A stretch of 64,000 nt of DNA from the human T2T-CHM13v2.0 reference genome, Homo sapiens, in the NCBI RefSeq assembly GCF_009914755.1, contig NC_060942.1, one strand, 5' to 3'. The position numbers were made by a program, and so were the translations under genes. The notes beneath the pieces are model-generated. The model searched no databases and was not told the DNA's origin. It was given only the letters and a program-made list of their open reading frames with translations. Below are positions 27,636 to 41,904 of the stretch, one piece after another. Every line of letters begins with the position of its first letter. Within the stretch, counting starts at the first letter, position 1.

Positions 27636-30406
27636 GTTAGTGCAGAGCATACTTTGAATGGCGCCCTGGGCTTCAAAGGGCCCGGTGCACTAGCGATCCC
27701 ATTCCATTATCCTGGCGATCTTCTCCTGGCAAGAGAACTCAGGAAACCCAGCTCCTCTGTGTCTCAGGACGGATGTGCTTTGTGCCTTTCTGGAATGAAA
27801 AGATTCTCTCTGTTTTTGACACAGACATTTCCTGAATGTTCAGTACAATGAGTAACGCCCTCAGGACACAGATAGGGGAAGAGGCCCCATCCTCGAAGTT
27901 ACTCAGAGCCCATGGTGACAATTGTTCAGAAAATGAGAGCACCCCTCATCATTTTCTCTCCTGGTTGAGTGGCTGGGGAAGAACTTGCTTGCCCTGAGGT
28001 GGGTACTGCACAACTCTTGCTGAGTCAGTAGGTGTGGAAGAGGGAGTTCAGCTTAACTCCAGACTATTAGATCTGGGTTCCGCTGGGGGCAGCAGCAGCA
28101 AGCCCCAGGAATCACCTAATCCTCAGACTCAGCCTCCTGATCCTCAGGAGTCCCTTCTGAAGTCCCCTTTTCAGAGCTGCTCAGCACCATCACAAGTAGG
28201 AAGCGAAGATCATCCCTGAACTGGTAGTTCAGATCAGGAGCACGCATTGCTTTGCCGGTTTGCCAGGGCAGGCTGAACGGCGCCTTTACAAACATGCAAT
28301 TGAGTTGCACCAGAGACCGCTGTCAATAGTCATGGTCAGCAAAGAAAAGAAGAGGTAGGTAGTTTGGAGTGGTTCTGGGTGCTTGTCTTCACATGTTTCA
28401 CACATTATTTCTATTTTTATTAATATATTGAAATTGTAGTCGCATAGAGTCAGCTCCATAACCGAACAAGTACAAAGTGAGCCAGGGTAGAAACTCTGCT
28501 GGCCTCTCTGCCTCGCCCCCACCCTGCCTCAATCTCATCCACAGACACAAAGTTAGCCGTCTGCACCCTGACTGGTCCCTTCTGTGACTTCCCCGTTCCC
28601 GGAGTGGCTCCTCAGCACCACCTACACCCTCTTCTCATCCACGTCTCCACCACCTGTAACTCCTTGTCTTACACTTTCTAGGAAGCAATAAAAGAAAACG
28701 AAGCACCAGGTGCTGATGCCGATGCACTGTGCTCTTGCTGTTATTGGCCTACGCTCCGTATGGAAAGAGATACATATACTAAAGCATTGCACAGCCTTGC
28801 TGGGCTGCTCCCTCAGCCTGAATGCTCCCTCCACTGCCCTCTGTGAGGCTTATTCAGCCTTACCCTGAATTCCCAAGGGACCAAATGCTCAACTTGATTC
28901 CCTCAGCACCCTCTTCAAAACTGTATCACTTTTATCATGCATTATCGGTTAACAGATCTGTCACCCAATTAACCCATAAGTGGATTAGAACATGGACCAG
29001 ATCACATTCATTTTTGTGTATTTAGCTCCTAGACAGGAAGAGGGAAAAAAGAGGCAAGAGTGTGGGACTGAACCACACAGGAAAAAGAGAAAAAGAAACA
29101 AATTAGCAATCTATCACATCACTTGAACTAATGGGAGCGCTCGTCTCCAAGCTCTGCACAGCACTTATGTGTATGAGACAAGACTCTGCCCAAAAGTATT
29201 TTATAAGCCAATTCATATGAAATGTCACAGAGCAGTCAATTCTAAACTGTGTAAGAATGAGTGTGTGCATAGCTACACTTATATGACAAACAGCGATTTG
29301 GACAAACTAAAGTAGGAGCCAGAATTCAAGGGGCTTGGGGATGGAATTTGAAGAGACCCCAGAATATGGGTAGAACCTGGAGAGAGGAAAGCAAACAGCA
29401 TTTGTGGAAAAGGAACAGCATGAGCCGTGACCCCTGAGTTCTGAGCTCCAGTCAAGGTATAACCGGGCTCTGCTGGACCTGTGTGTGAATAAAGGAAGGA
29501 CTGCGACTGTCAATTCACCAGTGAGGCAAGGCAGGAATTGCCTGGTCAGAGCAAAGGGGGCACGCTGAGGTGCGCTAGGAATAAGGTACAAGAGGTTAAA
29601 AAGAAAGCAATCAAATTGACAATGAAGCAGGAGATATAATCATTTAAAATTTAATTTTCAAGATGATATAGGTTTTGCATGAGAGTTATACCTAAAAGTC
29701 ATCTGGAATAATCTTTAACTTCACAATTCATCTGTATGCTTCTGTTTGGTTTTAACTGTAGAAAATTTAATTTAAATAACTGTCTTAGGTAACTGGGTTG
29801 ATGAACAAATGGGAGTTCGGTGGGGTTTAAGTTCCATTTGGGGTTGTCTTTCACAATTATGTTGTACAAATAAATGTAAAAATCATTAGCATTAACTGAA
29901 AATAGCCATTCACTCTAACTCCAGGATTCATAGTGATCTTGATCTATCATTTAGCGTTTCAGTTCAATACTGAAATTTCAGCTTATGAATGGTTTTTCCA
30001 TTTGAGAGTTTCATGTTGTTTTGCTTTTAACAGCAAAGTAAGCTTAAAGAAACAATTGTTAAATATACTAGAAGAGCCTTCGTAGAGTACTCTTTGATAA
30101 ATTCTTCAAACACTGTTTCTGAGAATGATCTCACAGAACAGGAAGACCTGCTATTATGATTAGTGCAGGGTAACCTGCCAAGTGTCCCTGTGGCTAGTCC
30201 AAGCACCGTCACAGAGGGACAAGCAGTAGCTGCTTCTGTTGCTAGATCTCAGTTCTCACTTTCTGATTTACATGGTGTGGCACCACTAGCTGCAAGTTCT
30301 ACAAACTGTAACTTGGATTCTTCTTCCAGTACCAAATGCAAGTAAGGAAGCTAGGCTTTTCTGTACATCGCCTTCTTTCTTTTCTTTTCTTTTCTTCTTC
30401 TTCTTC

Positions 30407-30716
30407 TTTATTTTTTATTATTTTTTTTTATTTTTTGAGACAGAGTCACTTTGTTGCCCATGCTGGAGTGCAATGGCGTGATCTCGGCTCATTGCAACCT
30501 CTGCCTCCCAGGTTCAAGCAATTATCTTGCCTCAGCCTCCTGAGTAGCTGGAAGTACAGGCACGCACATCCACACCTGGGTAATTTTTGTATTTTTAGTA
30601 GAGACAGGGTTTCACCATGCTGGCCAGGCTGGTCCCGAACTCCTGACCTCAGATGATCCGCCAGCCTTGGACTCCCAAAGTGCTGGGATTACAGGTGTGA
30701 GCTACCGCACCCAGTC
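30407..30716 (-). mobile_element. AluSx-like
   Basis: Full dimer; degenerate TSD tgtacatcgccttctt / tatacgtggccatctt; pyrimidine tail expansion upstream. Confidence 0.94.
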
Positions 30717-31314
30717 TATACGTGGCCATCTTATATGGTCATTGACACTGTCCTTCAGCTTTATCTGAACACCCCCATAACAATGTGTGACTAAGTGGAG
30801 TTGAGGACAGTAAAACTGTGCAGTATTAGGGATCTATGTTTCCTTAGATAGATCCTCACATATTCTGGAAGGAGAAGAAAGTGAGAATCTGATCAGGTCT
30901 GAATAATACATGGCCAGCCAGCGTTGGCCATGGTGCTGTGCAGCTCATCAGGATTAGTCTTTCTTGTGCTTGGTACTCTATATAATACCTATTGACTCAC
31001 TTCTTCAGCAAATATTCATCAATTGCCCTGTGCCAAAGAATACATTTGGTGTCATAGGAAACAGAGTTGAAAAAAAATTTAGATAAGATGGCATGGAACA
31101 TTTTACCTTGCATCTAAACAACACCAGTTTTAAGCTGCACCGTCAGTTATTTAAATAGAAATTGAGGGGAACATCATGTTCGCTGTAAACATTTTGTTAA
31201 CTCGTAATAGCAAAAAATTAATTGGGAATTACATTAACTTTTCACAATCACAGTTAAAATTTAGTGTAGGCCTTCTCCATATTCAATTTAAGAATGTATC
31301 TGAATTGTACTCAC

Positions 31315-32105
31315 ATGACATTCCCACTTGCCAGGTTCCCTGCCAACGCAAACACAACCTGTCCAAAAAGCAGCTCTGATTTTTCCTCCGTCACCCTTGC
31401 TCCAGACCCGGCTCCCCATTTCAACAAATGTCACCACCACTGTCCTGCTGCTAAAACTTGAAATAAAAGACTTTTCCTTAATTTCTCCCAGTGCCTCCCT
31501 ACCACATTCCATATCAAATTCATCCGTAAGTTTTGTTGGGTTTTTCACCAAATTAGATGTTTGAAGTGTGCCCTTTTCTCTATCTCTGTATCTCTATGCT
31601 GATACTAGCTCCAACCCACTTCTGCAGACCCCTTAGGCGGCTCCCTCCTGCTACTCAGGCTCAGATGGATCTTTCAAACAAGCAAATTAGGCCATTCTAT
31701 TCTCCTACTTAAAGTCTCTTAATGGTTCTCCACTCTACTTAGAGTAAAGGCTAAACCCTTTCACTATTTACAACTTCAGTGCTTCTCAGCCTCTGTCTGC
31801 TGGGGTAGTTCTTTCTTCCTTCATTCCTCCCCAGGCCAACGTTTTTTGTGTCTCAGGGCCTTTGCACTTACCATCCTCTCTGCCTTGAGGACCCCTCTCC
31901 CTCCCTGCCTCTGACTTCTTCATGTGGCTGCTCTTCCCTTTTCAGACAGGTCTTGTTGACCCCCTAGAAGGTGGACCCTTCCACCACTTGTTCCCTATAC
32001 AGCCCCCTTAATTGTCTTCACAGCAGCTAACCCAACCAGTAATTCCACCATGGCCATGTTCCTTTTTTATCTTCTGCGTTCCCCACCGAACTGCAAGCTC
32101 TATGA
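31315..32105 (+). mobile_element. L2 fragment
   Basis: aacacaacctgtccaaaa, ctcagggcctttgcactta, ccccaccgaactgcaagctc. Confidence 0.7.
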
Positions 32106-32594
32106 TTTGATCTGAACAACCTTCATCAGGTTGGAAATATTTTTTATCTCTTCTGAAAAATTAGGTAACTTTTACTCCCTTTAAGTAATATAAGAAGGCA
32201 ATACTCTGCATATACATCTTTTAATTTTAATGCTTCTCATACTATGATCTTTCTAAAGAATTTTAAAAGACAAGCTACCATCCTCATTCCAGCCACAAAG
32301 CCAACCCCTTATAGTGCTACTAATGGTAATAAACACAACTAAGGTGTCAAGTATTTGAATAAACACTCGCTACTTATGGTCACATTCACAGGTGTGATGA
32401 AAATGACAACTATAGTGAAATTTATTCCTCAATTATAAGATGTTTTGTAATTTAAAAAATGCCAAAGTGAAGGTGTGGAATATCTGATAATCAAGAAAAG
32501 AGAGTATTGCTTTTTATTATTCTCTATAAAACCAAAGTTTGGAGACCATGTTTCATTAGTTATCTGTAAGGGTCCCTAGTACTCCCTAAGCCCA

Positions 32595-32665
32595 CCCCCA
32601 TCACTTAGTGATGAGAAAACTGAGGCCCAAAGGAGTGACTTGCCCAAGGTCAGACAACCTTGCAG
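32595..32665 (-). mobile_element. MIR core
   Basis: gatgagaaaactgaggcccaaaggagtgacttgcccaaggtca. Confidence 0.8.
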
Positions 32666-32928
32666 TGGTTACGGGAAGGAGTGATTAGAAAGCTCTGGCA
32701 TTTATTCACCATGATGTTGCTGTCAAGTTTTACTCTGTCCTCATTTCTGAAAGCCAAAACAATGTCAGCTTGGCTCGTGCTCCAGCGAAGAGTTAGAAAC
32801 GCTGGTCCCTCGAGATATATGACAAGGACCCCAGGCCTCCATAGGGGACGGTGCTGCCCACTCTTAAGATTCCTGGCAAGACGTAGTCCAGGGCCAGGAG
32901 CATCCAAAAGAACTCACTCATTGAGACG

Positions 32929-33007
32929 GCAAAGTGCATCTATAAAAACAAGCACCTAGACAAAAAGCAAAGTTTATCTATAAAAACAAGCATCTAGACA
33001 AAAAGCA
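32929..33007. repeat. 38-bp tandem duplication (2 copies)
   Basis: gcaaagtNNatctataaaaacaagcaYctagacaaaaa x2. Confidence 0.95.
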
Positions 33008-33080
33008 TTTCACTTAATAATCCTATTTTTATTGACTCAGGTTTAGCACTAGTCTCTGCAAAATGTATTTATATGATTAG

Positions 33081-33454
<374 letters not shown>

Positions 33455-33745
33455 TGGAATTTTTTTTTAATAAGCCCATCAGGACCTTTCATAACCTTAC
33501 AGTTGTCTCCCCAGAAAACACATTTCCTACGTCATTACTTTTGAAAGTATACTCCACTCTTAATTCTTACATTTTATACCAGAAAAAAAAATTAGTGAAC
33601 ACTACTAGAGTGTTTTCATTTTGGTTTAGTTATTTCTTCAAAATAGCTGAATTTTATAACACTGGAACTTATACTATTTGATATTTTAATATTCTTCACA
33701 GAGATGATATTCAAATTATGCTTTTAAAACATTTTTATAATTACC

Positions 33746-34053
33746 CAGGGGTAATATTCAATATATTTAACCACGAGTCTAACATAGACACCAGCTACTC
33801 ATAACTAATGCTAGCATTCCAGGGCAGCATTCCGGAGGCTTCCAGAGGAGCCAGATATAACCCTTGGTTGCTCTTGGTACGACTTACCCTTGGTTGTAAG
33901 TTGATTCCATGGTCCCTGGGGCAAAAGTTGAGAACTGGGACATTAAGGTATGGGGCGTGAGGTGTTGGCAAGCTCAGGGCAATGGCTATTTATTAATCTA
34001 TTGGGTGTATTTTAATATTTTATAATCCATTTGGCTGCTGAATATTAGCCCAA
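33746..34053. mobile_element. Probable ancient hAT-type non-autonomous element (family not assigned)
   Basis: Inverted termini GGGGTAATATTCAA / CTGAATATTAGCCC about 300 bp apart. Confidence 0.4.
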
Positions 34054-34099
34054 CCCTTTATTCTCACCATCACATTTCCAAGATACGAGACAAAACTCG

Positions 34100-34160
34100 T
34101 TCTCTCTCTGTCTTTCTCTGTTTCTCTCTGTCTCTCTCACACACACACACGCATACACAC
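34100..34160. repeat. (CT)n(CA)n compound repeat
   Basis: Visible directly. Confidence 0.85.
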
Positions 34161-35249
34161 AGATATTTACTGCTGATTCCAATGGCGATGGCAATAAAGT
34201 AATGATGACAAGAGCTACCATTTTTCAGGACCTGCCATGTACCAAAGCGTGTGCTACATGGCCCCAATCATGCTATTTGAATTGAGTAACAAACTATGAA
34301 GTGAAATTCTGCTGAATGGCAAAAATGCAAAACCCAAATGAACACAGCAGCAGAGAGCCTTATGTCTCAACATTGATTCTCGGGTCTCCAGTGTGGTCCA
34401 CAGGACAGAGGACAACATTTGGAACAAATGCAACTTAGTGGTATCTTAACTGGGTCAGAGATTTCTGCAAAGGAGTAAGTGACATTTACACCACTCCTGG
34501 ACATTCATTTCCGTGTCTGCAGACAGAAGGTAATGGCATCTCTCCATTATATCCTTACTTCACCTGGGAATAACGATTTACTGAATTTCAGCTCTTGCTC
34601 TATTAGAATACGGAGCTATTCTTGGCATGCTCTCGAGTAAGTGTAAATGTGTTAGCCAGTCTGGCTGGCTATGGATGACGGGTGGGAATTCTGACTACCC
34701 TGGTCATAAGAGCACAGGGGCAAACACAACAAATACCTCTGGAGATTTTGAAATACAAAGGATAGGTTTGTGCCTTTCAAAAAGGCAGTATGTTCTGAGC
34801 AATAAGGCAAATGCATTTCAGTTTTAAAATGTTACTGTTCACAGTAGCAGAAATCTCTCTATGCATGTGTGTGTGTGAATATGTGCACACATACAGATGT
34901 AGAGTTTTCTAGACAAAGGACATGTTTCCCAACAACTGCCCTTAAAAGCTTTTGAAGTCAGATCGATAAGAACTCTTTTGGACCTCGCCTGTTTAAGTAG
35001 CCCACCCTAAGCATGTAACAGGCCTAATGAATGGAGTATCTGAGTAGCTCAGAAGACAGAGAGGAGAACATTGCTGAGGCCCTTCTAGCCATGGATAGCA
35101 CTGGACTCACAGTCAAGGTAGATGAGAAATGAGTGAGGTTGGCTTCTGCCTCCCTCTCTTCCAGGGCAAGCGTACAGAGACAGAGTTCCAGGGTCTGGTG
35201 GCACCCAGATAATCCTTTTCTGACTGGTCATATACGGACAAGAGGAGAG

Positions 35250-35445
35250 AAACAATAATAGACAGCACCTTTTGAGCATTTACCGTGAGCCCAACACATT
35301 ACGTCATTGAGTCCTCTCTACAACACACATGTGGGCACTGTTCTCTCCTTCATTTCACACATGAGGGGACTAAGACTGAGAGGCAAAGTGACTTACCTAA
35401 AGCCCTAAGGCTGGCCTATGGAGAAGGCAGGATCTGACTCTAACA
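35250..35445 (-). mobile_element. MIR
   Basis: catttcacacatgaggggactaagactgagaggcaaagtgacttacctaa. Confidence 0.75.
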
Positions 35446-36433
35446 TCATTCCTGGCTGTAGACACTAGACCACCAGGACTTAGGGCAGGACTCCAGCCAG
35501 AGTGCAAGATCTCACTGGTGCAGGTTTCTCCTGCCCACCTAAGGCAGACACGCCCCTGGATTTGTGTGAACATTCTATCTGTCATGGATTTGTATTTAGA
35601 CTGTGATTAATGTCAAAGTTAGCATAATGTTGATTTAGAGAAAGTGACATTTTGCCATGTTTTTTACAGAATTGCCTCCAAGACACACTTAAGGAACGCA
35701 TTCCATGACACATGTTTGACTCCTGGAAAACTTCTCTGATGCTGAATGTCAAAATACTGCATTTCACTGAAAAAAGCTAGTCTGAAAACATAAACCATAT
35801 AACGAGTCAGACATATATAGCACATGCCAGAAATGAAGCACTTTCTGTCATGTGAACCAGTCATACCAAGAGTATAAATATTGCTCTCAAAACAGTCGCT
35901 CTCGGAGGAAGTCAAAATTTGATTTAAAATTGGTATCCGACCGAACAAGCTTGGGATGCTCAACATAATGGAGTGCATAATCACGGACTGCTAAGAATGT
36001 GCAAAGCTGACAGTCACGTTTTTTCCTAACTTTCCACCAAAAATATTATCTTCAGACTTTACCGGGTTGGTTTATAACTTTAATACCTGAAAAACTTATA
36101 CGAGCTAATGTTGTGCTGATTTGAAACTGAAGGGGAAAAAAACCCTCAGATTTAAAAAAAAATTCGACAGTCTTTAAAAGTCCAAAAGCTCTGGCTGGAC
36201 TTCGTTAGTGGCCTCTTCTCACCCAATGCTGTGTGTGCGAATTCCCAAGGGACGCTAGTGCTCGTCGTACCTGTCTTTGTACACTTCTTCAATAAATTCT
36301 TATTGTGCTGCTCCTCTCTCCAAAATAGTTCAGTCAGAAGTTTTAATTTACTCCATTCTGACTGAAACAGAAGCAACGTTATTTTCTCTATTAAAAAATG
36401 GGTGAGAAGGAGGGAAGTCTATTTACTGATTAA

Positions 36434-36747
<314 letters not shown>

Positions 36748-36748
36748 A

Positions 36749-37039
<291 letters not shown>

Positions 37040-37296
37040 TCAAGTATCCAGCACTCATAATCGTTTTAAAATTGTGTATCATGTGTTCACCAGATCCCAA
37101 CTTCCTGACTGCCAGACAGGTTCCTTTTCCACCAACGTTAGGAATGAGTCAGAAGGTAACTCAAGGTCTTCTCAGCCTGCAGAGCAAAGCAGAAGCAACC
37201 CCAGTTCCCAAATGCATGGCAAGCTCATTCACTTTCGAAATCAATTTATTACAGAGTGTGTAGAAGGGGATGGAGCTGAGGGCTGCTTCTGACTCC

Positions 37297-37459
37297 TGAG
37301 ATGGTTTGGATACTGTCCTCTCTCCAATTTCTTGTTGAAATGTGATCCCCAATATTGGACATGGGGCCTGGTGGGAGGTGTTTGGTCCCAGCAGTAATGA
37401 GAGAGTTCTTGCTCTGTTAGTTCACGGAGAGCTGGTTGTTTAAAAAGCCTGGCACCTTC

Positions 37460-37503
<44 letters not shown>

Positions 37504-37702
37504 ATTCCCTCTCTCACCATGCAACAGGCTTGCCCCCTCCTTGCCTTCCACAATGAGTAAAAGCTTCCTGAGGTCTTGACCAGAAGAACGCCAGTGCCGT
37601 GCTTGCACAGCCTGCAGGACCATGAGTTAAATAAACCTGTTTCCTTTACATATCTCCCAGCCTCAGATATTCCTTTAGAGCAATGCAAAATGGGCTAACA
37701 CA
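37297..37702 (+). mobile_element. MSTB-like MaLR solo LTR with internal (CT)n
   Basis: TG...CA ends; perfect 5-bp TSD ACTCC. Confidence 0.92.
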
Positions 37703-38119
37703 ACTCCTCTTGCCAGCAGGGGACACATGCAATTTACTTGGCAGCTACCACACAAAGAGGATCTGCAGGCTAATTATCAGGAAATAGAAAAAACAGCAGA
37801 GACCTCTAATATGCATAGGAAGTCACTCTTATCCCTGAAGAATGGACACAGAGGGTTGGAAAGTGTGATTATGATGATGAAATTATTATTCCACAAAACT
37901 ACCTCTGGGAAGATGAGCTAAACAGGTGCAGCACATATTTGTAAATAAGCCAACTCCTAAAATAATATGAAACTCTGACTCTTAAAGCCCATGGGTGTCT
38001 CCCCTAATGAACAGCAAATAATATCTGTACTCCAAATACTTGTCAGAGGAATGAACTCCAAATCTCTGCCACTTCCTATGTTTGCTTGTTAGCAAGAAGT
38101 CCACACCTGGAACATGCTT

Positions 38120-38280
38120 GAAGCACAGGTGCTCAGTTGGGGCACACCTTGGAGTCACCTGGGATCTGTCAATACAAGCAAGGCCTCTGTCCCTCATCCA
38201 GAGAATCTGACCTAATTAGAGGCCCAGGTCACAGTTCATAGGAGATTCTAATGTGCCTGCAGTACTGAGAACCCCTTGGC
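38120..38280. mobile_element. MER5A-like
   Basis: ggagtcacctggga...gagattctaatgtgc...tgagaacc. Confidence 0.65.
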
Positions 38281-39102
38281 CTAAAGCAAATGAAGCCCTT
38301 TGTTCCCTTGGAGTTCCTAAATTGTATCTTATGCCTAAGGTAAGCAGGAAAATAGCTTTGGTTATTTTACTTGCTGAAGAGGTTATAAGAATGTGGTTTC
38401 ACAGCATCTCACTGTGTCCTCTTCCTGGGAATGAATAAGCAGAATTGATTCCAAGCCATAACGTTAAGAATTGCTACACTGCTGAAAAACCTAATGTTTT
38501 TCATCTTAGGGACTCTGAATTCTGTACATAACTATTTCCCTCTTTGACTTGGCTGCTAAAACACTTGGAATTTCTGGCAACCCCACCTCCCCCGGTAAAG
38601 CTGCAAGACTTTGGGTATTAATTTTATCCCTGGATATATCTTTATTCGTATGCTGTGCTCTGTGTTATGCTGCATATATTTTTGTAAGCAACCTTACATT
38701 CTGTGGAATAAAATAAGATATAAATAAAGAAATCAAATATTTATATTTAATATAAAATATATACATATTTTATTTTATATAAACTCTGACAGACTTTTGC
38801 AGGCACTGAATAATTAAAACTGGTTTCACCAATGTAACCGATATGGCTCTACTGAGTTTGTGTTATGCGATAAATTTGGAGAAAGTATCATTAAAATCAT
38901 AATAAAATTGAATTACTTTGATATCTCCTTGATACTGAATTATTCTCCTCATGGGTAAGTATCTGCATGCCAAACCAGGTCACACACTGACAGTTGTTAT
39001 GTCCTGTGATTGAGAGTGATGTGTTAAAATCCCGTAATTATATTGCAATAGATATAAACTCCACGTGGACCCAGGCACTTCATACTTGCAGTCAGAATTT
39101 TT

Positions 39103-39333
39103 TTTTCTTATTTGTGTGCGTGTGTTTGCATGTGTGTGTGTGACAGAGCGAGACTCTGTCGCCCAGGTTGGAGTGCAATGGCACGATCTCGGCTCACTGC
39201 AACCTCCACCTCTGGGTTCAAGTGAGTCTCCTGGCTCAGCCTCCTGAGTAGCTGGGATTACAGACACCCACCACTGCACCTGGCTAATTTTTGTATTTTT
39301 GTAGTAGAGACGGGGTTTCACCATGTCGGCCAG
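39103..39333 (-). mobile_element. 5'-truncated AluS
   Basis: Right arm plus part of left arm; TSD cagtcagaaYttttt; (TG)-like tail. Confidence 0.92.
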
Positions 39334-40789
39334 TCAGAACTTTTTAAAGCATCCTTCGCCTCTAGCTTATAAAACAGAAAAGTACAGTATGGAATTCGTT
39401 TTGCAACACTTATTACAGAGAAAGTTATATGTTTACCCCAACAGTGTATTATCCCAACTTAAAAGATGTATCCTAGAAATTGTATGCCACGTAAGAGGAG
39501 AGAAGAAACAGAAATGAAAACGTTTATTGTTAATGTATTGGTCAGTTTGCAAACAAGCTAAACTAAAAAATAATTATTGAGCTCCAATTCTATGTTCTAT
39601 GAAATAAATCGGAAGAAAAATACAATTCAGTTCAACACAATTCACACTTATTTTTTAAAATTCTGAGCAATTAGAGTAGATTGTAAGTCCTAAATTGTGA
39701 AATATGGACTTTATGTCCTATAGGGGTTCAGAAGAGAGAGATTATTATGGATTGGAATGAGAGGGAACTTCATAAAAGAAGCTAACCTACTCTGCCATTT
39801 CTGAAAGCACTCTCCCTGTTTCCAGCCCTCTTTCCAGAAGACCACTTTGCTGTTAAACACATATGAAATGACAGGCCTGTGACTCCGGCAGTCTGTTTGA
39901 CTTGGTGCCTAACTGAAGAAAAACAAAGAAAAGCCTGCTGACCTTTGTGGATTTCTTCCAGAATTATGATTCTATGTCAAAGTAACAGGGGCTATAATAT
40001 GCAAAGTTTTCTTAATGTTTCCATCCATATAGGTTTGTTAGGCACTTAAATAATTTCTGCAAACGAATTTTCCTTTCCAAGTTTGTCTCCATATCAAAAA
40101 CACTTCTGGACCAAATAAGACTCTGAGTAAGAACCTGAATACCCCATTGCCACACACTTGTATGCATTTATGTCCACCTGGACTTCTGAGTTAAACAACA
40201 GTAGGTGAGATGTAAGATAAGAAGGAGGAAGTCACACTTGTTTTTCATTGGCTCAAAACATTGTAAAAGATACTCTGCACACTTTAAGAGAACTCTAGTA
40301 AAATTACAGTCTTTATAACCTTTCTCATTTTCTCTAGGTCCTAGTCACCAGAACCACTATACAGTAACACAGCCATAAAAATCATACCACCCGTTCACAT
40401 ATAATTCATCATATTCTGCTTGGATAATGTAAATTGCTTGCAAGAAAAAGCCACAAATCTTTAAACTGCTTAGCTGAGCAATATTATTTCTAAGTTGTAT
40501 TTTCCTTCCTTAATTTTTAACTCAAACTTACTCAATGACAGGAAATTAAAAGGTAACCATTCCCATGCCAAGTGTAAGCCGGAGGCCCTTATTTAAGAAT
40601 CTCCACCCATTCCAAAAGTTTTAGGTACAATGCAGTTTCTTGTGCTCATTCATCATTTTCCAACACCCATTGAGATATGGGAGGCAGTACTCCTCCTGCA
40701 AACCCCTGGATGAAGACTGAATGTATCTATGACCTGTGAACACCCCACAGTGCAGCTGAGGAGCAGCATGTAGTCAGGAAAGAGCATTC

Positions 40790-41013
40790 CATCAGAGCCC
40801 AGAAACGTGGCTTCCTCTACTGGCCCTACCACTTGCTTAATAAGTGTTCTTGGGTAAATTATGTATCTTCTCAACATTTCAATTTCTGCATTGATTAAAT
40901 GTATAATACATGCATACATACAAATAAAATTAGCTCTATACAACCTATAGGTATAACGGTGAGACACAAATTAGATAACATATGAAACTTAAAAAATCTA
41001 TAAAGGGCTATGC
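40790..41013 (+). mobile_element. MIR (MIRc/MIR3-like)
   Basis: accacttgc...cttgggtaaattat...gtgagacacaaattagataacatatgaaa. Confidence 0.6.
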
Positions 41014-41437
41014 TTGAATTTTCCAATGTTTCCAACCTCTTTAAGATAAAAAAGAAGACAGTAAGAATCATGATTTTGAAACCACTGTAGCTTTGACTAG
41101 ACATAGGTGGATAGGTGTTTGATATATCCTTACGCAAAATAACTGGGCAAAAGATATTGTTTAGGATATGTGTCTAATTCACAAAATTAGTCTTAACAAC
41201 CAAGCTCAGGCAGTCTGTAAGATCCCAGGCTGAAAATAAAACAAAAGGGAACAGAAAGGAAGGGAAAGGAAAGAACAGAACGAATACAACCTCTATAGCT
41301 TAAAGTAATACATAGAAATTCATTAGCATGGTCTGCATGCATAAAATCCCTCCCGCAATGCTGGGCTCAACAAGCGATTGGGTGACAGCAGCACACTCTT
41401 TGCAGAAGATAACACACATGCATTGACTTTAATTTTG

Positions 41438-41517
41438 CAGACAAATGGAACATTCTGTAGGCAGAAAGGGGAAAAACAGACAAATGGAACATTCTATAGG
41501 CAGAAAGGGCGGAAAAA
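41438..41517. repeat. 39-bp tandem duplication
   Basis: cagacaaatggaacattctRtaggcagaaaggg x2. Confidence 0.95.
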
Positions 41518-41756
41518 AGCTATTGCAGGCTCCAAGATATTAGAGACATCGTTTGAACAGATTTCTTCTTAAACTAGCCTGCTTTGGCGAATGTTTTTAT
41601 TATGCTCCATTTTCTGGTTTTATGTCACAGAACAGTGGTGCTCTCCTGTCAAACATTCAAGCAAATATCCTGAATACTCCTTTCTCACTCTCCTCTAACT
41701 GACATATATATAACTATATGTGTCATATAACTAACATATATATATGATCCACATGT

Positions 41757-41895
41757 AATAGATCCAACTTAAGAAGTGAGGTTATATAGGTCAATGGGAT
41801 GACATATATTATCCTATATCTTTATTGGTTGATTGGATGATTATATATGTCATCCTATTAACCTATATAACTTCACTTCTTAAGTTGAATCTATT
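41757..41895. repeat. Inverted repeat: 53-bp arms, 33-bp spacer
   Basis: 41757-41809 versus reverse complement of 41843-41895: 4 mismatches. Confidence 0.95.
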
Positions 41896-41903
41896 TTAAA
41901 TAG

Positions 41904-41904
<1 letters not shown>

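Noticed and set aside
38735-38782. AT-rich hairpin
   Set aside because: Low-complexity A/T sequence; expected by chance
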